Shown here: in pieces, positions 58,754 to 64,000 of the stretch | Numbering within the stretch: the stretch's first letter is position 1 | Layout of the letters: every line of letters starts with the position of its first letter | Origin: Arcobacteraceae bacterium | Lineage (GTDB): Bacteria; Campylobacterota; Campylobacteria; Campylobacterales; Arcobacteraceae | Reading direction: 5' to 3' | Assembly (NCBI GenBank): GCA_963662945.1 | Contig: OY759974.1 | Span: 1,344,001-1,408,000, forward strand | Length of the DNA: 64,000 nucleotides | Notes under the pieces: model-generated | Databases searched by the model: none | Told to the model about the DNA's origin: nothing | The model's input: only the letters and a program-made list of their open reading frames with translations | Made by a program: the position numbers and the translations under genes

Positions 58754-59368
58754 ATGTTGAAAAAAACATTACTTTTAGCTTCAAGTGCAGCACTTTTAAG
58801 TGCATCAACTACTATGTGTTTTAAAAAAGAGCATATAGATCCAAGTACTATAGAGACAGTAAAACTTGAAGGTGGTGAGTGTGGTGGAAAACTAAGCTCA
58901 CAAGATATGCAAAGATTGGGATATACAGTAGGGGATATAAAAATATCAAGTGGTGAAACAGGATTAAACTATATTTATATCTTTAAAAAAGATGAACCAT
59001 TATCAACAGTAACTACTGATGGAAAGATGATACTTACAAAAGAGGATTTAAAAGCAAAATTTCTCGAACTTCAAGATGAACAAAAAGCTGAACAAAAAGA
59101 GAAAGAAAGAGTAGCAAATTTAGCACTTGGAAAAGATATCTATGAAAATGTATGTAGAAGATGTCATGGGGATGGAACTACAAGAGCATATGGTGTTGCA
59201 ACACCTTTAGTTGAATTAAGTGAAACACAAATAATAACAGCGTTTAGAGAATATGGTTTTAGTCAAAAAGATAATGGTATGGCAATGCTTATGAAACCTT
59301 ATGCTAGTACTTATAATGAAAAAGAATTAAAAGCTATTTCAGCTTATATACAAAATACTTTAAAATAA
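58754..59368 (+). CDS. periplasmic monoheme c-type cytochrome (c553-like) with N-terminal extension
   Basis: Signal peptide; GKDIYENVCRRCHG; distal Met region GMAMLMKPYA. Confidence 0.85.
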   Translation: MLKKTLLLASSAALLSASTTMCFKKEHIDPSTIETVKLEGGECGGKLSSQDMQRLGYTVGDIKISSGETGLNYIYIFKKDEPLSTVTTDGKMILTKEDLKAKFLELQDEQKAEQKEKERVANLALGKDIYENVCRRCHGDGTTRAYGVATPLVELSETQIITAFREYGFSQKDNGMAMLMKPYASTYNEKELKAISAYIQNTLK

Positions 59369-59474
59369 CAAGTTATAGACATACTAAATGTCAATAACTT
59401 ACTTACGTTTTTATCTATATTTTTTAATACACTATATTTGTTAATTGATTAGTATATGTCAATATTTATAAACT

Positions 59475-59505
59475 AAAAAAGGGCTGGATAAATATCCAGC
59501 CCTTT
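59475..59505 (-). terminator. Rho-independent terminator of the porin gene
   Basis: AAAGGGCTGGATA-aa-TATCCAGCCCTTT with an A6 run (U tract on the minus strand). Confidence 0.9.
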
Positions 59506-59530
59506 CAAATACTATGTTCTAATTAATATA

Positions 59531-60823
59531 TTAGAATGTGTATTTAAGTTGAAGTCTTGAGTAATCAGATGAATAATCTGCAGTTTTTACACCAGCAGTA
59601 TTTTTTGTCTCATCTTGTAAGATAGAGTATCTACCGTGGATTGTAAAGTTTTTAGACATTTTGTATGTAAGTTTTAAAAGTAACTCTGATGCTTCTCTAT
59701 CACCAGTTTTAGCAGCATTGTCATAGTTTGTACCTTCAGCTACTGCGTAAGCAACACCAGCTGTTACTTTATCCATAATTGGTGCATCAGCAGTAATAGC
59801 TATAACTTCACCATCATTAAGTCCTGATGTAGAAAGTTGCCAAATTTTAGCATGTACTTTTGCATCATTATCACCATCAATAGCAACATTACTATTTTCT
59901 GCAGTAAGTCCATCAGCAGTACCTTTTTGAGCATTTGTTACAGCGTATAATGCACCAAGTTTTATACCAGCTACAGAAGTTCCAACGCTAAATTTAGTAA
60001 CTTCAGCATCTTCGAATTTTGCAGTTCCTCTATCATCTGTAGAAGCAACTGTGTGTCTTAAATCAAATGTAAATCCAGCAACTTTTGCACCAAGGTTGAT
60101 AGAGTATCTTTTTGATTCAACACCTACACCATTAGCATTAACATTTGCAGGACTAGCAATATCAGTCATGTTGTAGTTAACTGCATAGTTAAACATTGAA
60201 ACGTTACCCATTGCGATTAATTCTGTAGTAGTTGTATCACTTACAATATTGTTATTTAAGAAGTGAGCACCAGCTAAAGTAATAGCATCAGAAATTCTTT
60301 GTACTGCAACGATACCAGCACCTTGTTTTACTGTATCAGTTTGGTCTACGAATACAGATGGGATGTTTTGTTTACCAGCCATAACTGTTGTGTTACCCAT
60401 TGCAAATGTAAAGTAAGCTTGATCAACACTTACAGGAGCTGTAGTATCACCATCAGCAGTTTCAGTAACAATACTATTTACTGAACCATTTCCTCCAGTT
60501 ATTCCACCATTTGTATCTCTTAATGCATCATCTTCACTATTTACAGTTGTAATCTCATCAAATCCAGCAGAAACTGTTGCAGAAACGATATCATTAATTT
60601 TAGAGTTAACTGTTACATTGATGCTGTACTCATTCCAGTTAGCACTTCTATCATTGTTATTAGCTGTTTTATCATCAATTGCTTTATCTTCTAATCTGTA
60701 GTCAACGTATCCAGATACATCAACACCTTTGATCATCTCTTCTAAATTACCTGCGAATGCAGATGTACTGAAAGCTGAAACTGCTACTGCAGCTGCTAAA
60801 CTCATTTTAATTGTGTTTTTCAT
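59531..60823 (-). CDS. porA: major outer membrane protein (Campylobacterota porin)
   Basis: KMSLAAAVAV signal, LEEMIKGVDVSGYVDYR, AGKQ, C-terminal RLQLKYTF; strongly biased codons. Confidence 0.88.
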   Translation of the reverse strand: MKNTIKMSLAAAVAVSAFSTSAFAGNLEEMIKGVDVSGYVDYRLEDKAIDDKTANNNDRSANWNEYSINVTVNSKINDIVSATVSAGFDEITTVNSEDDALRDTNGGITGGNGSVNSIVTETADGDTTAPVSVDQAYFTFAMGNTTVMAGKQNIPSVFVDQTDTVKQGAGIVAVQRISDAITLAGAHFLNNNIVSDTTTTELIAMGNVSMFNYAVNYNMTDIASPANVNANGVGVESKRYSINLGAKVAGFTFDLRHTVASTDDRGTAKFEDAEVTKFSVGTSVAGIKLGALYAVTNAQKGTADGLTAENSNVAIDGDNDAKVHAKIWQLSTSGLNDGEVIAITADAPIMDKVTAGVAYAVAEGTNYDNAAKTGDREASELLLKLTYKMSKNFTIHGRYSILQDETKNTAGVKTADYSSDYSRLQLKYTF

Positions 60824-61125
60824 TTTTTTCCTTTTGTTCTAAATTTCGAAATTTAACAATTGCGTGACATATACAGAATATAGGCCTATCACAATGTTAT
60901 GATGTAATCTTACTTTAGTACTCTTAAACTTTACTTAAAGCATAATAAAATTAGTTACAATGTGATTACATTAAGTTATATTTAAGAAACTGTATACTTT
61001 TTTTGAGCGTTAAGTATTTAAGGTAGTTTAAAGATATTATTATAAGTTAGTTATGTATAAAGGCTAACTTTAGTAAAAAAAGGATATAATCCCAAAATAA
61101 TCATAGATAAAATATAGGGTGAGAA

Positions 61126-62742
61126 ATGACTAAATACATATTTGTAACAGGTGGGGTTTTAAGTAGTTTAGGTAAAGGGATTACTAGTGCTAGTATAGCA
61201 GCTTTATTAAAACAAAGTGGATTTGATGTAAGTATGCTTAAGATTGATCCTTACTTAAATGTTGACCCAGGAACAATGAGTCCATTAGAACATGGAGAGG
61301 TATTCGTTACGGCAGATGGAGCAGAAACAGACCTTGACCTTGGGCATTATGAAAGATTTATCGATAAAACTCTAGGTAAAATGAATAACTTTACTACAGG
61401 TCAAGTATATAGTAGTGTTATCCAAAAAGAAAGAGAAGGTGGATATCTTGGACAAACTATTCAAGTAATACCTCATATAGTAGATGAAATTAAAAGAAGA
61501 ATATACAAAGCTGGAAAAGGTCATGATTTTCTAATAGTTGAACTTGGTGGAACTGTTGGAGATATAGAAGGTTTACCATTTATGGAAGCAGTAAGAGAAG
61601 TACGACATGAAAATCCAAAAACAACAACTATGAATATTCATGTTACATTAGTTCCTTATATAGCAGCAGCTGGTGAGTTAAAAACAAAACCAACACAACA
61701 CTCCGTACAAGAATTAAGAAGAATTGGTATTATGCCACATATGCTTGTATGTAGAACAGAAAAGAAACTTCCTATAGAATTAAAAAGAAAGTTAGCATAC
61801 TCTTGTGATGTTGAAGAAGATGCAGTTGTTGAAGCAGGAGATGCACAAACAATATATCAAGTACCTATGAACTTTTTAAAAGAAGATATTTTAAAACCTA
61901 TTGCAAAACATTTTGAACTTGCAGAGTTGAAACCTGATATGGAAAAATGGGATAGTTTAGTAAAACATATAATAGCACCAAAAGATGAGATTAATATTGC
62001 TTTTGTAGGAAAATATTTAGAACTTAAAGAATCATATAAGTCATTAATTGAAGCACTAACTCACTGTGGAGCGCACTTAAATGCAAAGATTAACATTAAT
62101 TGGTGTGATAGTGAAAAAATAGAGCAAGAGGGTGCAGAGAAAATCATAGCAGATAGTTGTTGTGTACTTGTAGCTGGTGGATTTGGTGAACGTGGTGTTG
62201 AAGGAAAAATTCAAGCTATACAATATGCAAGAGAAAATAGATTACCATACTTGGGTATCTGTTTAGGTATGCAATTATCTATTATAGAATATCTAAGAAA
62301 TGTTGTAGGTATAAAAGAAGCTACAAGTGTAGAGTTCGATAAAGATACAAAAGAACCAGCAATATATCTAATCGAACAATTTTTAGATACTACAGGTGAT
62401 ACGCAATTACGAACACACCAATCACCTATGGGTGGTACACTAAGACTCGGAGAATATCCTTTTGAAACAAAAAAAGGAAGTCATCTTGAAGCAGCTTATG
62501 GAACAGGTATATCTTATGAAAGACATAGACATAGATATGAAGCAAACCCTGCGTATAAAGAAGTATTAGAAAAAAATGGAATGATTATTACAGGTGAATC
62601 ACATGGATTAATAGAGGTTGTAGAGATACCAAGTCATCCTTGGTTTGTTGGCGTACAATTTCACCCAGAGTTTACAAGTAGTTTACAAACACCTAATCCT
62701 ATCATATTTGATTTTGTAAAAAATGGGTTATTGAATAAATAG
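61126..62742 (+). CDS. pyrG: CTP synthase
   Basis: [52 protein letters not shown]. Confidence 0.98.
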   Translation: MTKYIFVTGGVLSSLGKGITSASIAALLKQSGFDVSMLKIDPYLNVDPGTMSPLEHGEVFVTADGAETDLDLGHYERFIDKTLGKMNNFTTGQVYSSVIQKEREGGYLGQTIQVIPHIVDEIKRRIYKAGKGHDFLIVELGGTVGDIEGLPFMEAVREVRHENPKTTTMNIHVTLVPYIAAAGELKTKPTQHSVQELRRIGIMPHMLVCRTEKKLPIELKRKLAYSCDVEEDAVVEAGDAQTIYQVPMNFLKEDILKPIAKHFELAELKPDMEKWDSLVKHIIAPKDEINIAFVGKYLELKESYKSLIEALTHCGAHLNAKININWCDSEKIEQEGAEKIIADSCCVLVAGGFGERGVEGKIQAIQYARENRLPYLGICLGMQLSIIEYLRNVVGIKEATSVEFDKDTKEPAIYLIEQFLDTTGDTQLRTHQSPMGGTLRLGEYPFETKKGSHLEAAYGTGISYERHRHRYEANPAYKEVLEKNGMIITGESHGLIEVVEIPSHPWFVGVQFHPEFTSSLQTPNPIIFDFVKNGLLNK

Positions 62743-62765
62743 TTTAGTTACTCTATTATATAGTT

Positions 62766-62797
62766 AAAAAGGCGAGGTTTTTACCTTGCCTTTTTTT
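62766..62797 (+). terminator. Rho-independent terminator of pyrG
   Basis: AAAAAGGCGAGGT-tttt-ACCTTGCCTTTTTTT. Confidence 0.88.
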
Positions 62798-62843
62798 ATA
62801 AAAAAAGAATTTGAAAATTTCAGCCACACTTAAGCTGTAGCTC

Positions 62844-62880
62844 TTGACAAAGCCAAAAAATTTTATTATAATTCGCGTCC
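62844..62880 (+). promoter_or_regulatory. rRNA operon sigma-70 promoter
   Basis: TTGACA (62844-62849), 17-nt spacer, TATAAT (62867-62872), GC-rich discriminator TCGCGTCC. Confidence 0.9.
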
Positions 62881-62967
62881 AATTAAAGTAAGACACTTTA
62901 AGAAGAGAGTATAAACGGGTTGTTTAGATTCAATAACTTCAAGAAGAGAGAAAAATTAATTAGGAAA

Positions 62968-62979
62968 AGTTCTTTAAAA
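62968..62979 (+). promoter_or_regulatory. boxA-like antitermination element in the rrn leader
   Basis: AGTTCTTTAAAA versus consensus TGCTCTTTAACA, in the expected position. Confidence 0.6.
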
Positions 62980-63224
62980 AAAATAATGTTAATAAATAAA
63001 ATCAAGTTTATTTAAATTACTGAGAAGTAATCTTTATAAACTAGATACAAGAAGAATTAAATATAGAGTAATTTATATTTGATAAACTTCGTCTATAAAC
63101 TTTATGAGTTTTAGTTTTAAAACTAAAAACAAATAAATATAATTGAATCTTTAAAAAGATTCAGTGATTTTTAGGTAAAAACTTAAAAGTCAAGATTAAA
63201 CAAACCAAACTAAGAGATTAGTTT

Positions 63225-64000
<776 letters not shown>

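Noticed and set aside
59369-59470. Imperfect inverted repeat or small RNA between the cytochrome and porin genes
   Set aside because: Weak AT-rich pairing with no clear promoter; not supportable
893-60484. Many short ORFs in the track that are antisense to, or nested in, long genes (e.g. 893-1078, 4640-5005, 17245-17547, 37994-38359, 41114-41434)
   Set aside because: They lie over well-supported genes, show no family motifs and look like shadow frames
63000-63224. Several hairpins in the rrn leader as ncRNA or CRISPR
   Set aside because: Arms differ from each other and there is no repeat-spacer periodicity; typical rRNA leader structure

Overview
AT-rich chromosomal window from an Arcobacteraceae bacterium (Campylobacterota); the partial 16S gene at the right end contains the ARC94 probe target TGTCAGCTAAGTGGCGCA. 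It is mostly core genome (class II DAHP synthase, tal, pabB/pabC, pyrB, rarA, rluB, rnj, rsmA, hisF, rlmN, kdsD, murC, purB, gltX, pyrG, major porin, rrn promoter and 16S start). Two near-consensus parS palindromes suggest an origin-proximal position. ATP-citrate lyase (aclBA), a diheme frdCAB and a second, anchor-less FrdA/B-like pair point to a reductive-TCA autotroph. The most striking accessory block is an ~10.5 kb adhesion/type V secretion island (32.7-43.2 kb) encoding TpsB, TpsA, an inverse autotransporter, an unusual barrel+Ig protein, a 7TM-DISM kinase and a winged-helix response regulator. Three promoters in it share a tandem direct repeat (AAAGTAACG/AATATAACG, 12-bp period) exactly 9 nt upstream of the -10 box, i.e. 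a probable self-contained regulon readable from sequence. Other oddities: rlmN apparently starting at ATA, a missed 31-aa membrane ORF, an orphan Phd/YefM-like protein coupled to the second frd pair, a REC-HisKA protein with no ATPase domain, and an ERIC-like palindromic element after purB. No CRISPR array, tRNA, transposase or phage gene was seen. All product calls come from motif recognition, not database searches.
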